In this document: piece after piece, positions 22,866-34,675 of the stretch
Position numbering within the stretch: position 1 is the first letter of the stretch
How the letters are laid out: the number at the start of each line of letters is the position of its first letter
The notes under the pieces: model-generated
The model's input: the letters and a program-made list of their open reading frames with translations, nothing else
Database searches by the model: none
What the model was told of the DNA's origin: nothing
Position numbers and translations under genes: made by a program
Assembly: GCA_001600695.1 (NCBI GenBank)
Contig: BCKQ01000003.1
Location: 1,890,392-1,954,391 of the forward strand
DNA length: 64,000 bases
DNA from: Ascoidea asiatica JCM 7603
Taxonomy: Eukaryota; Fungi; Ascomycota
Reading direction: 5' to 3'

Positions 22866-25097
22866 ATGGATTTAGAAGCAATTGAAGATACTGATGGTGT
22901 TCGTTTTTCTTGGAATACTTTCCCTTCAACAAGAGTTGAATCAAATAGAATAGTTATACCAATTGGTGCTTTATATACTCCTTTAAAACAACGTGAGGAT
23001 TTACCAATAGTTGAATATGAACCAATTAGATGTCATTGTAATGCAATTTTAAATCCAACTTGTTATATGGATTTAAGAGCAAAAACTTGGACTTGTCCAT
23101 GTTGTTTAACTAGAAATCCATTACCTTCTCATTATCATAATATTTCTGCTTCATTTTTACCACCTGAATTAAATACTCAATCTTCAACAATAGAATATAT
23201 TACTAAAAGAAAAGTTCAAGTTCCTCCTGTTTTTTTATTTGTTGTAGATTTATGTCAAGATGATGATAATTTAGAAGCTTTAAAAGAAACTTTAATTTTA
23301 TCTCTTAATTTATTACCTCCAAATGCTTTAATAGGTATTATTACTTTTGGTGCAATGGTTCAAGTTCATGATTTAGCTTATGAACCTTGTCCAAAATCTT
23401 ATATTTTTAGAGGTGATAAAGATTATACTTCAAAACAATTAAATGATATGTTATCTAGTTTTCATTCTGGTTCAACTGGTAATTCTAAACTTTCTAGATT
23501 TTTTTGTCCTGTTAGTAAAATTGAATATCAATTAACTAATTTATTAGAATCTTTAACTAAAGATCCATGGCCTGTTAAATCTGATAGAAGATCAATTCGT
23601 GCAACTGGTGCTGCAATGTCAATTGCTTCAACTTTATTAGAATTAAGTTTTTCTGGTTTTGGTGCAAGAATTATATTATTTAGTGCTGGTCCTTGTACTT
23701 TAAATCCAGGTTTAATTGTTGGTCAAGAATTAAAAGAACCAATTAGATCTCATAGTGATATAGATAAAGATTCTGGTAAACATTTTAAAAAAGCTGCAAA
23801 ATTTTATGAAAATTTAGCTGAAAAAGTTTCAAATAATGGTCATATTATTGATATTTTTGCAGGTTGTTATGATCAAATAGGTATGGCTGAAATGAAAGCT
23901 TTACCAACTCAAACTGGTGGTGTTTTACTTTTATCGGATGCTTTCACAACTGCTATTTTTAAACAATCTTTCTTAAGATTATTTAATAAAGATGATGATG
24001 GTTATTTATTAATGGGTTTTAATGCTCAATTTGATGTTAAAACTTCAAAAGAATTAAAACTTTCTGGTTTAATTGGTCATGCTGTATCTTTAAAAAAAGG
24101 TTCCACAAATGTTGCTGATACTGAAATTGGTATTGGAGGAACATGTTCTTGGAAAATGTGTGGTATATCTCCAAATCATTCATATGGTATATTTTTTGAA
24201 GTTGCAAATTCAAATCCAAATAATGGTAATAATGGTTTTATTCAATTTATTACAAGTTATCAACATGCCTCTGGTACATATCGTGTAAGAGTTACTACTC
24301 TTGTACGTACTTTAGCTGTAATGAATGAATCTTTAGTTAAAAATTCTTTTGATCAAGAAGCTGCTGCTGTATTAATGTCAAGAGTTGCTGTTTTCAAAGC
24401 TGAACAAGATGATGGTGCTGATGTTTTAAGATGGATAGATAGAATGTTAATTAGAGTTTGTCAAAAATTTGCTGATTATACTAAAAATGAAGCTGAAAGT
24501 TTTAGATTAACCCCAAATTTTTCACTTTATCCTCAATTTATGTTTTATTTGAGAAGATCTCAATTTTTACAAGTTTTCAATAATTCTCCAGATGAAACTG
24601 CATTTTATAGACATGTTTTAACTAGAGAAGATACTGTCAATTCATTAATCATGATTCAACCAACTTTAACTTCTTTCACAATGGAAAACGAACCAGAACC
24701 TGTACTTTTAGATTCTGTATCTGTTAAACCTGATAGAATTTTACTTTTAGATACTTTTTTCCATATATTAATTTATCATGGTGAGACAATTGCTTCATGG
24801 AGAAAAGCAGGTTATCAGGAACAGCCGGAATATGAATCCTTTAAAGAATTTTTAGAAGAACCTAAAAAAGAAGCAGCTGAGTTACTTGTTGATAGATTTC
24901 CTTTACCGAGATTTATTGATACTGAAGAAGGTGGCTCTCAGGCAAGATTTTTATACTCAAAACTTAATCCTTCAAATACCTATCAAAGTACAGAATTTGG
25001 TGGAGATAGTGGCATTGCTGTTGTGTTGACAGATGATGTTAGTTTACAAACATTTATGACTCATTTACAAAAATTAGCTGTTAGTGGAACTTCTTGA
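22866..25097 (+). CDS. SEC23: COPII coat GAP subunit Sec23
   Basis: [11 protein letters not shown], zinc finger, [27 protein letters not shown]. Confidence 0.98.
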   Translation: MDLEAIEDTDGVRFSWNTFPSTRVESNRIVIPIGALYTPLKQREDLPIVEYEPIRCHCNAILNPTCYMDLRAKTWTCPCCLTRNPLPSHYHNISASFLPPELNTQSSTIEYITKRKVQVPPVFLFVVDLCQDDDNLEALKETLILSLNLLPPNALIGIITFGAMVQVHDLAYEPCPKSYIFRGDKDYTSKQLNDMLSSFHSGSTGNSKLSRFFCPVSKIEYQLTNLLESLTKDPWPVKSDRRSIRATGAAMSIASTLLELSFSGFGARIILFSAGPCTLNPGLIVGQELKEPIRSHSDIDKDSGKHFKKAAKFYENLAEKVSNNGHIIDIFAGCYDQIGMAEMKALPTQTGGVLLLSDAFTTAIFKQSFLRLFNKDDDGYLLMGFNAQFDVKTSKELKLSGLIGHAVSLKKGSTNVADTEIGIGGTCSWKMCGISPNHSYGIFFEVANSNPNNGNNGFIQFITSYQHASGTYRVRVTTLVRTLAVMNESLVKNSFDQEAAAVLMSRVAVFKAEQDDGADVLRWIDRMLIRVCQKFADYTKNEAESFRLTPNFSLYPQFMFYLRRSQFLQVFNNSPDETAFYRHVLTREDTVNSLIMIQPTLTSFTMENEPEPVLLDSVSVKPDRILLLDTFFHILIYHGETIASWRKAGYQEQPEYESFKEFLEEPKKEAAELLVDRFPLPRFIDTEEGGSQARFLYSKLNPSNTYQSTEFGGDSGIAVVLTDDVSLQTFMTHLQKLAVSGTS

Positions 25098-25424
25098 TTT
25101 TACTTTTAATAGCTATTATTTTTGATTTTTTTTTGGTCATCGTCTCAAGCCAACTTTAGTTTTAGATTGATATAGTTAATTATTTTTTTCATTACATATT
25201 TTTTTTAATATACAATTTTTATATTAGTTTTGAAATATGTATTATAATTTTAAAAAAGCCAAAAAAAAATATTAAAAAATAATGTGTCTTCAAAAATAAT
25301 TTATTAAGTAATCAAAAAAAGCTTAAAAAAAAGTAGAAGATTCAAAATTTGTTTTTCAAAATAGCACAAAAAAGCTAAAGTTTTATTTTGCACAAAAAAT
25401 TTAAAACCAACCAAAATTATGCAA

Positions 25425-28400
25425 TTAAATGAAGTTTTTTGCACTGGAAGTTCCTTTAGATGATATTTTAGCTTCCGTGTTTTCTTTACTTTCAGAATCG
25501 TGCTTTATAGAACCTTTAACTTTAGGATCACTTGCAGTTATTTCTTCTGGGTTCTGCCCCTTCAAAGTTATTTTTTTCTTATCCATACTATATGATGCAG
25601 TATCTTCATCGCCATTATCGTTATTCCCATCATTTTTATCATAAGAAATATCTATTTCACCGCATAAATCTAATTTTCGACTACTTGATCCAATATAAAT
25701 TTTGTAAACACCTTTCATAATTCTCCAACTTTGTTCAACAGGATCCCAAACGCTCATATCTCTTCTCAGTATATCGAATGTAACACAAACTGATTGTTCG
25801 GACTCGATTTTAACTTTTTCAAAACCTCTTAATTGTCTTGGTGGAGTTTCAAGAATTTCAGTAGATGTGTCATCCCTGGGAAATTCGATATACAATTGAG
25901 CAACAAATTGGCCAGAATACAAGCCTTCATTTTTAACATCAACTTTAACATTATATAAAGTTTCCCATAATTCAGGATGACCTCCAAGTCCTCCTCCAGC
26001 TTTTGTAGGCTCTTTTAACTGCTCTGGAGAATAACTATCAGGATAGCAAAAATCATCTACAGATGTAACTTTATCATTGAAAAGATAAGGATAAATGAAG
26101 CCAGGAACAGGGGATAAATCTTCATAAGGAAATAATGAGTCTTCTGGATCGCTGACATCAAAATGGTCATCAAAACGATATGTAGGTAAGTAAGGTGGAG
26201 GACAATCAAGATATTCACTTGGACAGTTCACTTCTTTTATTCTCAAATTACAAAGAGCAAATCGAGAATATGATAATCCAAATCCAAATTCAAATCTGGG
26301 CTTAATTTTATTTTCGTCAAAATACCTATAGTCAAGCAACAAATCGCGTTCCATAAAGGAGTCATCTTGAGGTTCTCCATCTCCAGGAATTTCTTCAATA
26401 ATTGGAACATAATCTTGAGGATTTTTTGCAATGGTAAATGGTAAATGACCAGAAGGATTTACATCTCCAAATATTATATTTGTAAGTGCAGCTCCAGAAT
26501 ATTGGCCCAAGGGAGCAGACCAAATAACACCAACAACGTTTTCATGATCAACCCATTTTTCCATATCCACTGGGCCCACTGAGGTCACAACAACAATAGT
26601 TTTATGACAATTATCAGCTATATGTTGTATAAGCTCGTCACCATTCAGCCAAAGTGAAACATTCTTCCTATCTCCAAAGTTTCCATCTACTTCAATATAA
26701 CCTTCTCCAGAATCTGCAGAAACGAAAACTAAAGAAATATCTGCATATGATGCTAATTCTTCCACATGCTCAAAACTAAAATTATCATCGGTAAAGTCTA
26801 CAGCCATCATCTCCTTTCGAGCTCTTGCTGCTATAGCTTCATATGGAGTAATTCCAAAGGGTTGATTTACTGTTGCAGAACCCCAACCTTGAAATAGAGC
26901 ACCATCAACACATTGTTTTTCTTTACAATTAAACCCTTTATTACTTGGTCTTGATGCCATTCCAGCTATCAAAATTCTACGCACTCCATCATCTCTATTA
27001 ATAGGAAGATTTTTACCATCATTTTTTAGCAAAACAATAGCCTCTTCAGCGACTTGAACAGCGGTTTCTTCTGTGAATTCATTTCTAGAATCAATATGCC
27101 AATTAACTTGTTTTATTGGGCCAAAATTTTGATAAGGAAATTCTTGATCATAAGTGTGAGATGTCCATGAAGAGAAGTTTGGAATATCATGAAAGTCTGG
27201 CAATGAAGAAAGTACAAAAAAAGGCGCCAGGATTCTAGTTACCATATCATCGAGTCTTTCTTCTGGAATAGTTTCATTATAAACAGCTCTTGTTAATAAT
27301 GGACCCCAGTATGATTTTCCAGAGAGCCATTCTCCTATAACTTCCCCTGGACAATTCATATCCAACCCACTCAAAACACTGTTAACTCCAGAATGAGTTG
27401 CACCTAAGTCAGACATTACCCATCCTTGAAATCCTAATTCTTCTTTCAAGAGATAGTTCATTAAATAAGAATTTTCACAAGCATAAGTATTATTGACTCT
27501 ATTATATGAGCACATTACACTGCCAACACCCTCATTAACTGCATCGGCAAATGGCCAAAGATATAGTTCATGCATGGCTCTATCACCGATATTACTACTA
27601 ATTGCCTGCTCTAAATTGTCCCAATATTCTCCTGACCATTCATTTAGTTGACGATATCTTTCTTGTTCATTTCCGATTAAATGTCTTACACAAGCAACCA
27701 CTCCTTCTTCTTGAATTCCTTTAATTGTATATCTTGCAGCTACACCTTGCAAATAGGGATCAGCACCAAAAGATTCCCAATTTCTTCCACCTCTGGCCTT
27801 TAAACCAATTGGTCCAATTACTGGTCCAAGCATGACATGAACACCTTTGATTTTATGTTGCTGACTGATTGCTTTACCTCTTAAATACATTAAACCTCTA
27901 TTAAAACTTGAACCAACAGCTAATCCACAAGGAAAAGCAGTAACAAAGTCAGCGAATCGAACTCCATTTGCTCCATCCTGAATACAAAGAGAAGGGATTC
28001 CAAGCCTGGGAACAGAGCCTGTATTTCCAATACAAGGGCCAGAACCCCATCCAGTTCCTGTTGTTAAATTTACTTTTTCTACAGTTGTCATCTGTTCCAC
28101 TAAAACTCTTGCTTTTTCATAAGCTTCTTGCCAAACATTTTGAATTCTTCCACCAGCAGCTTAAATAAAAAAAAAATAAAAGATTATGAAATGTTAATAA
28201 CAACTAACTTGAAAAATTAGGCTAGTTACTAAACAAAAAAGGTATAACAAACGAGCTGGATAAAAAGGAGGACTAGCAGTTTTGGGACCAAGATCAATAA
28301 AACTATCAATGACTCGATCGAAAACACTTCTTCTTTCTAAAGGATTTTCCAATAGTGTTCCATTGAATATTTGTTGGTTATTTTCTACTTCTAAGGATAA

Positions 28401-28466
28401 AATTGGAGTTACAGCGCTAATTATTAAAAATAATAAAATTATTTTGAATTTCGGTACCATCAACAT
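25425..28466 (-). CDS. Secreted GH3 beta-glucosidase, 2 exons (28466-28253, 28159-25425), about 982 aa
   Basis: Exon 1 encodes a signal peptide and ASPPFYPA; splicing restores SPPFYPAPAGGRIQNVWQEAYEKA...EKVNLTTGTGW as in Saccharomycopsis BGL1-type enzymes; QDG, GGRNWESFGADPYL, MCSYNRVN, SGEGY, FGFGLSY, LRGFEKV. Confidence 0.92.
28160..28252 (-). other. Spliceosomal intron (93 nt, GTTTGT...TATTAAC...AAG) in GH3 gene
   Basis: Phase-1 join restores frame and the conserved YPAPAGGR motif; in-frame stop otherwise. Confidence 0.8.
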
Positions 28467-28908
28467 ATCTGTAATTTAAAACTAAAATAGAAAATAGATT
28501 GCACTTTTAATTTATTTTAATATATTTTTTTAGTAATTTATCATTAAAAATTTGTTTTTTATCTATAGAATGATATGTTTTTTTTTTAAGAAATATAAAT
28601 AAACAAACAAAAAATTGAAATAAGCGCCGAGAAAAATAGCACGGTAAATAAAGAAAAATAAATAATAAAGTAAGGATTAATAGTGCTATGCAGTAACTGT
28701 CTAGGTATTATTACCTGAACTTGATAGATTTAGATGATCTGAACTCTAAGTAGATAAGTATGCGAGAAAATAGTATTGTGAGATTCCTAATGTACAATTT
28801 GGTCAATTGCTTCTACAGTAACGTTCATTAAAACCATTTTAGAAGGGATTACCATACAATGTATACACAATATGGACATCGTCACTGGGAAATTTTTAAA
28901 TCTATTTT

Positions 28909-29567
28909 TTATACTTCAATCTCTGGTAGTAGACTGAACATGTTATCATGTTTTTTCAACTTTTTATCATCTTCATGATTTTTATCTGATTCTTGGTCTG
29001 AGCCAAATGCTTCATAATCAAGATCCATCAAATCTTTGTTCTCATCAGCTTCTTTTGTATTTCGAGTGTTTTTTTTCTTTTTGATTTTAAGAGTATTATT
29101 GATCTCATCATATCCTCTTTCTCTTTGAATTAACTTAGCTCTTTGAATACTTTTTTGTTTTTTAACTTCTAGTTTTCCTTCTAGTTTTAAAGCCTTTTCG
29201 ATTTTTTCTTTAACATATCTAGTATTTTTCTGAGTCCTCTTTTTATCGCCTATTTTATTGATCTTATTTTCGTGCGTATCAGTTATTTTGGAATCTCTTT
29301 TCTTTCTCATTTTATTCTCTAAAAGTTTTTCATTTCTAGAACTAGCTGCCCTTAGCATACCTTCGACAGCACTAGTAGAGCTTTTGTGGATTTTTGCTAG
29401 CTCTTTTGCTTCTGGCTCTTCAGCCAAAGCTCTTCTTGCAGCCCTAGAATGTTTAGAAACTAAATATTGTTAGTATTGTATACTTTATAATCAGATTAAT
29501 AAATACAACAGTTCAGGTTTTTTTCTCAAAAATTTCGTAGTAACTTACTGGAACCTTTTTTAGCCAT
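28909..29567 (-). CDS. ECM1: Pre-60S export factor Ecm1, 2 exons (29567-29549, 29459-28909)
   Basis: Spliced N-terminus MAKKGSISKHSRAARR...EPEAKELAKI; RNEKLLE, KLEGK...KSIQRAKLIQ, NMFSLLPEIE match Ecm1. Confidence 0.88.
29460..29548 (-). other. Spliceosomal intron (89 nt, GTAAGT...TACTAAC...TAG) in ECM1
   Basis: Canonical donor, branch point at 29475-29469, TAG acceptor; join is in frame. Confidence 0.92.
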
Positions 29568-30361
29568 TATACTAATAATTTCCTAATTGTTGTTTAGCCC
29601 TTAAATATATTTGTTGTTTTCTTGAATTATTATTTACAATTTTGTTAGTATGTCTTTTCAACGTATTATCCAAATTTCTTAAGTTTTAAAGAAACAGATT
29701 TTTTTTTTATTTAGGTTTGAAATTTTGAAAAAAAAAATATTATGTTTTCAGTTTCCTAGTTGTCGCCAATTTTGCGGATTTTTAAATATTTGTGTCCAAT
29801 CCTATGGAAGACCTTGTCTGAGAAAGGAAAATTAAATCCACGCGCGGAGAAAAAAGCAATCTCCACAAAGCCCGGCCACGGCTATCGCACTCCACCATCC
29901 GTTTAATTCCCTCCCGTGTGGACCAGTGGATCTCCGTTTTTCCGCTTGTTTATTTCCTTGCAAGATCAACACATTCAGCCAATGAACGCTTTGGATTACT
30001 TTCCATTTGTGGATATTTAGACACCCGCCTGCTCCAAATTTGATTCCATGTGCGGTGCTTTCTGACACCATGCGGACTGTTTTTTTTGGAAATCACACGG
30101 TCTGGTTTATTTCCATATAATCCTTAAAATCCTTCCATTTTCCTTGTTTTCTATTTTCTTTATAATCCAATATCCTTATTTCAAAATAATCACATATTGA
30201 TTAGATATATTTATCGATAATAAACTAAAACTATATTTTAAAACTCTGGAAGAATTCAAAAATCAATTTCTGCTAGATTTCAATCTTTTCAAGGTATTTT
30301 ACGTCTCCCATAAATTTTTTTTTTTTTGCCGCCAATTTCCTTCAAAAGCAGGTATTTTAAA

Positions 30362-33300
30362 ATGTCTTCTTTGCAAGATCTACCTCCAAATATTGACACA
30401 ACAATGGCAACCATTGATGCTGCAAATCCAATTTCCTCATCCAATGATGTTGATACAAACGCTGCCTTGATTCATGATACTTTGGTTGCTGCTAATGCTC
30501 AATTTTCGGAGGCTCAAAACTCTCAAAGAATCGAGAAGCATTCTAAATCTTCATCTTCAAAAAGTTTAAAAAGAGATTATAACTGGAAAAATTTTGTTTT
30601 GTTTGATCGAGAAAATATTAACAATTTGGATCTAAACTGTTCAAAAATAACTCCAAATACAGTTCAGAAAGTTAGATGTGTTTTCTGTGATCAACAAATG
30701 AATTATAAGTCTAGAAATGGTCCTGGCGCAATAACTGATCATCTCGAGCATCATCATCGTGATAATTTAATAGCTCTTAAAAATTCTTCTTTAACTGGAA
30801 ATGATTCAATAACTCCAACTTCAAGATTAGCTCTCGAAGTTTCAAATTCATCTCTTCAAAATGATTCTTTAGAAATTTCAAGAGAACATTTATTACTTCA
30901 AAATTCAATGATGGCACCTCAAGGGTCTCCAGCAGCTGAAGCTCTTGCTCTTTCTCTTTCTGGGAATATGTCTAGGAAACGAGATAGGAGTTATATTTCG
31001 GATGGAATGGATATGGATAACAATAATGATGGTAGAAGTAGCAATGATAATGATGATGTTAATCTCAATGCGAATACACATTTACCTCCTCCTAAAAGAC
31101 AATATAACTGGAAACACTATGTTGAATTTATGAATATGGATTCTGATGAAAAAATCACACCAAATACTGTCCAAAATGTTAAATGTATATTTTGTTCACA
31201 AATGATGAAATATAAATCTCGTAATGGACCAGGAACAATCATTGATCATCTTGAAAATAAACATTTTAGTCAATTAAAGGAATCAAATACAGATAATCCC
31301 ATAACTTTCAAATCAACTTTAGGCCCCAGGAGAATTCGTAGAAGGTCTGTTAACCAATTTGCAAATGATTCACAACTTTTATCTGCTAATAGTACTTCTC
31401 CTAATATTAATATTGATACTGAAAATTCTTTACATAATGACAATCTTAAAAGCGAACCCCCTTATAGAATTGCAAAAATGGATATTGGGAATTTCTCAGT
31501 GTCAAACAGAAATGACAATTTCAATAATGATCCTTTTAAAAATTACATTAAAAGATTATACAATTGGAAAGATTTTGTGGTTAACATATCTTCTAATCCC
31601 TCAACTTCAATCAACGTTGCTCAAAAATTACGGTGTTTATTTTGTGGCCATGTAATGAAATATAAATCAAGAAATGGTCCTGTAACTATAACTGATCATT
31701 TAGAAAATAATCATGGCTCCAAAATTGATTCTTTAATGTCAAATAAGAATATTCGTGTTTCAAGAACTGTTCCTTCAAATTTATTAAATATGGTGTTAGA
31801 AAATGATTTGAGTCTTGATTTTATTGAAAGTTCAGCCTTTGAAGCTTTAATATATCGTTGGTTTCCTATTAAAGTGAATTCTCAAATTCTTGAGTATAAA
31901 CTATCATTATTATATGCAAAAGCCATCAACACCATTGTCGAAACATTCTCACTAGCAATGGGTGTTTCAATTGGATTTGGAATTCATAAATCGAAAACTT
32001 CTTATTCAATGTTAACAGTTGTTGCTTTCGGATTAATTGAAAACTTGGAAACTAATTTGCTTGAAAGAAAAAAAGAAATTTTGAAAATCAAATTAATTGA
32101 ACCAGATCTGTCTTCAAAAGAAATTGCAGAAACAATTTTCATGATTATAAATGAATTCAATATCACTGACAAAATTACAGCATTTGTTGTACCAGATACT
32201 CCTTTCAATCAGGAAGTCTCAGAATATTTTTATCAAATTTTAACTCAAAATAGCAATCTTGCTATTATTGACAGTTCTTCAAGTATTTGTTGTCTTTTTG
32301 ATATATTAAATTCCTTAGGTGAAATTACGATGAGCTCATTTTTGGGTCAAGAAAAAGTTGAAAGTGATATTAACAGTTGTGATCAAAAATTAAAGACAAT
32401 TTTTGGGAAAATTCAAAAATTTCAAGAATTAATCAATTTATCTCCTAAAAGAAAGAAAGAATTCAAAATATTAATGAATAATCATGAATATGGAAAGGAC
32501 GATTGTTCAAAAGTTGACTCTTTCAGCTATGAAAGCGTGGAACTGGAGAACGAAGAATTTGATTTAATTAGTCGATTCCAAAAATGGAAAAGAATTTACT
32601 TTCTTTTAAATACATTTGTTGCTAATCATGAATGTATTAACCAATGTCTTGATATTTTCAAAGATAATTATAATATTTTTGTTGAAAAATTTTCCATTGA
32701 AGAGATTGAAGCTATTAAAGATATTTTAATGATAGCTGAGCCTGTTTATTTTAATATTATAAAAGTAATTGAAGAAAAAATTAATATATCTGATTATATT
32801 TCAACATTGACATCACTCAAAGCAATTTTTTTTCAAATGAAAAACGGTAATGAAGATATTAGTGAAGAAGGAATGGAAATGAATTATTTCAAGAAAATTT
32901 TAATTGAAAAAATATTAAATAAACTAGAAACTATAATCAATAAAAGTACTAGTAACAATATTTTAAATTCATGTTATATCCTAAGTACTAGTAATGATAT
33001 TGGAATTTTAAGAGATACAAATAGATCTAGTTTTAATGATGCTTTCAATTATATCAAAAAAATTTCTAAGAATTATGATGAAATATCTAGAATTACAATG
33101 GGTGATTATGGTGATAAAGATCTTTTAATAAACAATTATAATAAATCTAGTGAACATAATGATGATGATAATAGTAATAGTAATGATAATAATAACCTTA
33201 TTGAAAAAAATGAAATGAATAAGGGAAAAAATATAAATCAAATAGATAATCAACAAAGAAATGAAGGTGAAAACATAAATGAAGAAGAAAATAATGAATT

Positions 33301-34675
33301 AAATCAGATAAATAATAGAAATCATGAAAATGGAGACAATAATGAAATTAGCTCTAATATAGGAAGTAATTCAAACAAACAAAAGAAAAACAAAAGGAGA
33401 AAATTGATAAATTATGATTATAATGGAAATATTATTGAAGATAATAGTTATCATACCATTAGTGGAGGATCAATTGATGAAGAATTGAATAGTTTTATTA
33501 CTTATGAAATGGCAAATAATAATGAAGTTTTAATTAGATGGTCATTGATTAGAGGAAAATATCCAAAATTATATGAAATTATTAAAGGATTATTTTCTAT
33601 TAAAAGTGATTTTACAATTGAAGTTGGTGAAGTTTTAAATGAAAGTTTTAAAAAATTGAAAGAAATCAAAGAATATATGAAAAATGAGAAAAATAAAAAG
33701 AATAATATAAATAATGGTAAAAATGAAAATATTGAAATTGATGGAATTGATGTGAATTTAAATATGAATTTAAATACAAATGAAGAAATTGATGAAGATG
33801 AAAAAGTTGAAAAATTAATTAATGAATTTATAATTTGTAAGAAATATTTGGAGAAAAAAGAAGAAATTCTGAAAAATAAACATCCAAATAAAAATAAAAA
33901 TAAAGTTAAAAATAGAAATAAAAATATTAATATCAATAATAGTAATATTAATAATAATGGTAATAATAATGGAAATAATAGTACTTTTGATAACAATATG
34001 GGAGTAGATATGGATATGAATTTGAATATGAATGAAATGAATATGAATATGAGCATGAATGGAATGAACCTACCAGGAAATATGAATATGGGAAATGGTA
34101 AAAGTGGAAATAATCAAAAAACTAGCAATAATAACAATACCAATGGTAACAACAGTAATAACAGTAGTAATACTAATTCCAATAATATTAATAATAATAA
34201 TTCGTTAAATAATCTTTTTAATAATTCCGAATCAGTATTATTATTGCAAGAATTTTCTCAAGGGATAAATAATAGATTAGGTAATAATGAAGAGAATAAT
34301 AATAGTGATAATAGTAATGGAACTAAAATTAATAATGAAAATGAAGAAGATGTTAATATAAATGATCATAACAAAAACGAGAATGATAATTCTAATGCGA
34401 ATGAAGAAGTAAATGCTATTGATAGTAATATTGACCCATCTATCAGTAATAATGGTAATAATAAAGCAGATAATATTAGTTATCATGGTGATCATGATGA
34501 TAAGAAAATAAATAGGACTAGAGAAGAAAATAAAAAAGAAATTGAAAATTTGAATAATATTGTCAAGAACAATGGTAATAATAACAATAATAATGGTGGT
34601 AATAGTAACAACAATAATGGAAATACTCAAGATTTTTATCAAAATTTAGAAAATCTATCACAATACTTAAGATGA
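30362..34675 (+). CDS. Domesticated hAT-transposase-derived protein with three BED zinc fingers, degenerate RNase-H core and hATC-like domain
   Basis: Three repeats KRxYNWKxxV...CxFC..MxYKSRNGPxxIxDHLExxH; hAT-like segments FIESSAFEALI, EFNITDKITAFVVPD, CLFDILN, KWKRIYFLL, AEPVY, IDEELNSF, WSLIRGKYPKLYEIIKGLFSI. ATG at 30362 (track start 30326 is TTG). No TIR/TSD seen. Confidence 0.8.
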   Translation: MSSLQDLPPNIDTTMATIDAANPISSSNDVDTNAALIHDTLVAANAQFSEAQNSQRIEKHSKSSSSKSLKRDYNWKNFVLFDRENINNLDLNCSKITPNTVQKVRCVFCDQQMNYKSRNGPGAITDHLEHHHRDNLIALKNSSLTGNDSITPTSRLALEVSNSSLQNDSLEISREHLLLQNSMMAPQGSPAAEALALSLSGNMSRKRDRSYISDGMDMDNNNDGRSSNDNDDVNLNANTHLPPPKRQYNWKHYVEFMNMDSDEKITPNTVQNVKCIFCSQMMKYKSRNGPGTIIDHLENKHFSQLKESNTDNPITFKSTLGPRRIRRRSVNQFANDSQLLSANSTSPNINIDTENSLHNDNLKSEPPYRIAKMDIGNFSVSNRNDNFNNDPFKNYIKRLYNWKDFVVNISSNPSTSINVAQKLRCLFCGHVMKYKSRNGPVTITDHLENNHGSKIDSLMSNKNIRVSRTVPSNLLNMVLENDLSLDFIESSAFEALIYRWFPIKVNSQILEYKLSLLYAKAINTIVETFSLAMGVSIGFGIHKSKTSYSMLTVVAFGLIENLETNLLERKKEILKIKLIEPDLSSKEIAETIFMIINEFNITDKITAFVVPDTPFNQEVSEYFYQILTQNSNLAIIDSSSSICCLFDILNSLGEITMSSFLGQEKVESDINSCDQKLKTIFGKIQKFQELINLSPKRKKEFKILMNNHEYGKDDCSKVDSFSYESVELENEEFDLISRFQKWKRIYFLLNTFVANHECINQCLDIFKDNYNIFVEKFSIEEIEAIKDILMIAEPVYFNIIKVIEEKINISDYISTLTSLKAIFFQMKNGNEDISEEGMEMNYFKKILIEKILNKLETIINKSTSNNILNSCYILSTSNDIGILRDTNRSSFNDAFNYIKKISKNYDEISRITMGDYGDKDLLINNYNKSSEHNDDDNSNSNDNNNLIEKNEMNKGKNINQIDNQQRNEGENINEEENNELNQINNRNHENGDNNEISSNIGSNSNKQKKNKRRKLINYDYNGNIIEDNSYHTISGGSIDEELNSFITYEMANNNEVLIRWSLIRGKYPKLYEIIKGLFSIKSDFTIEVGEVLNESFKKLKEIKEYMKNEKNKKNNINNGKNENIEIDGIDVNLNMNLNTNEEIDEDEKVEKLINEFIICKKYLEKKEEILKNKHPNKNKNKVKNRNKNININNSNINNNGNNNGNNSTFDNNMGVDMDMNLNMNEMNMNMSMNGMNLPGNMNMGNGKSGNNQKTSNNNNTNGNNSNNSSNTNSNNINNNNSLNNLFNNSESVLLLQEFSQGINNRLGNNEENNNSDNSNGTKINNENEEDVNINDHNKNENDNSNANEEVNAIDSNIDPSISNNGNNKADNISYHGDHDDKKINRTREENKKEIENLNNIVKNNGNNNNNNGGNSNNNNGNTQDFYQNLENLSQYLR

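Noticed and set aside
28194-28466. Stand-alone 90-aa secreted peptide
   Set aside because: It is exon 1 of the GH3 gene read into the intron.
29622-29650. Second TACTAAC upstream of ECM1 (5'-UTR intron?)
   Set aside because: No credible donor site upstream.
33502-34642. Hydrophobic antisense ORFs (also 8371-9138, 14612-15233, 62832-63020)
   Set aside because: Mirror images of Asn/Lys/Glu-rich sense codons; not independent genes.
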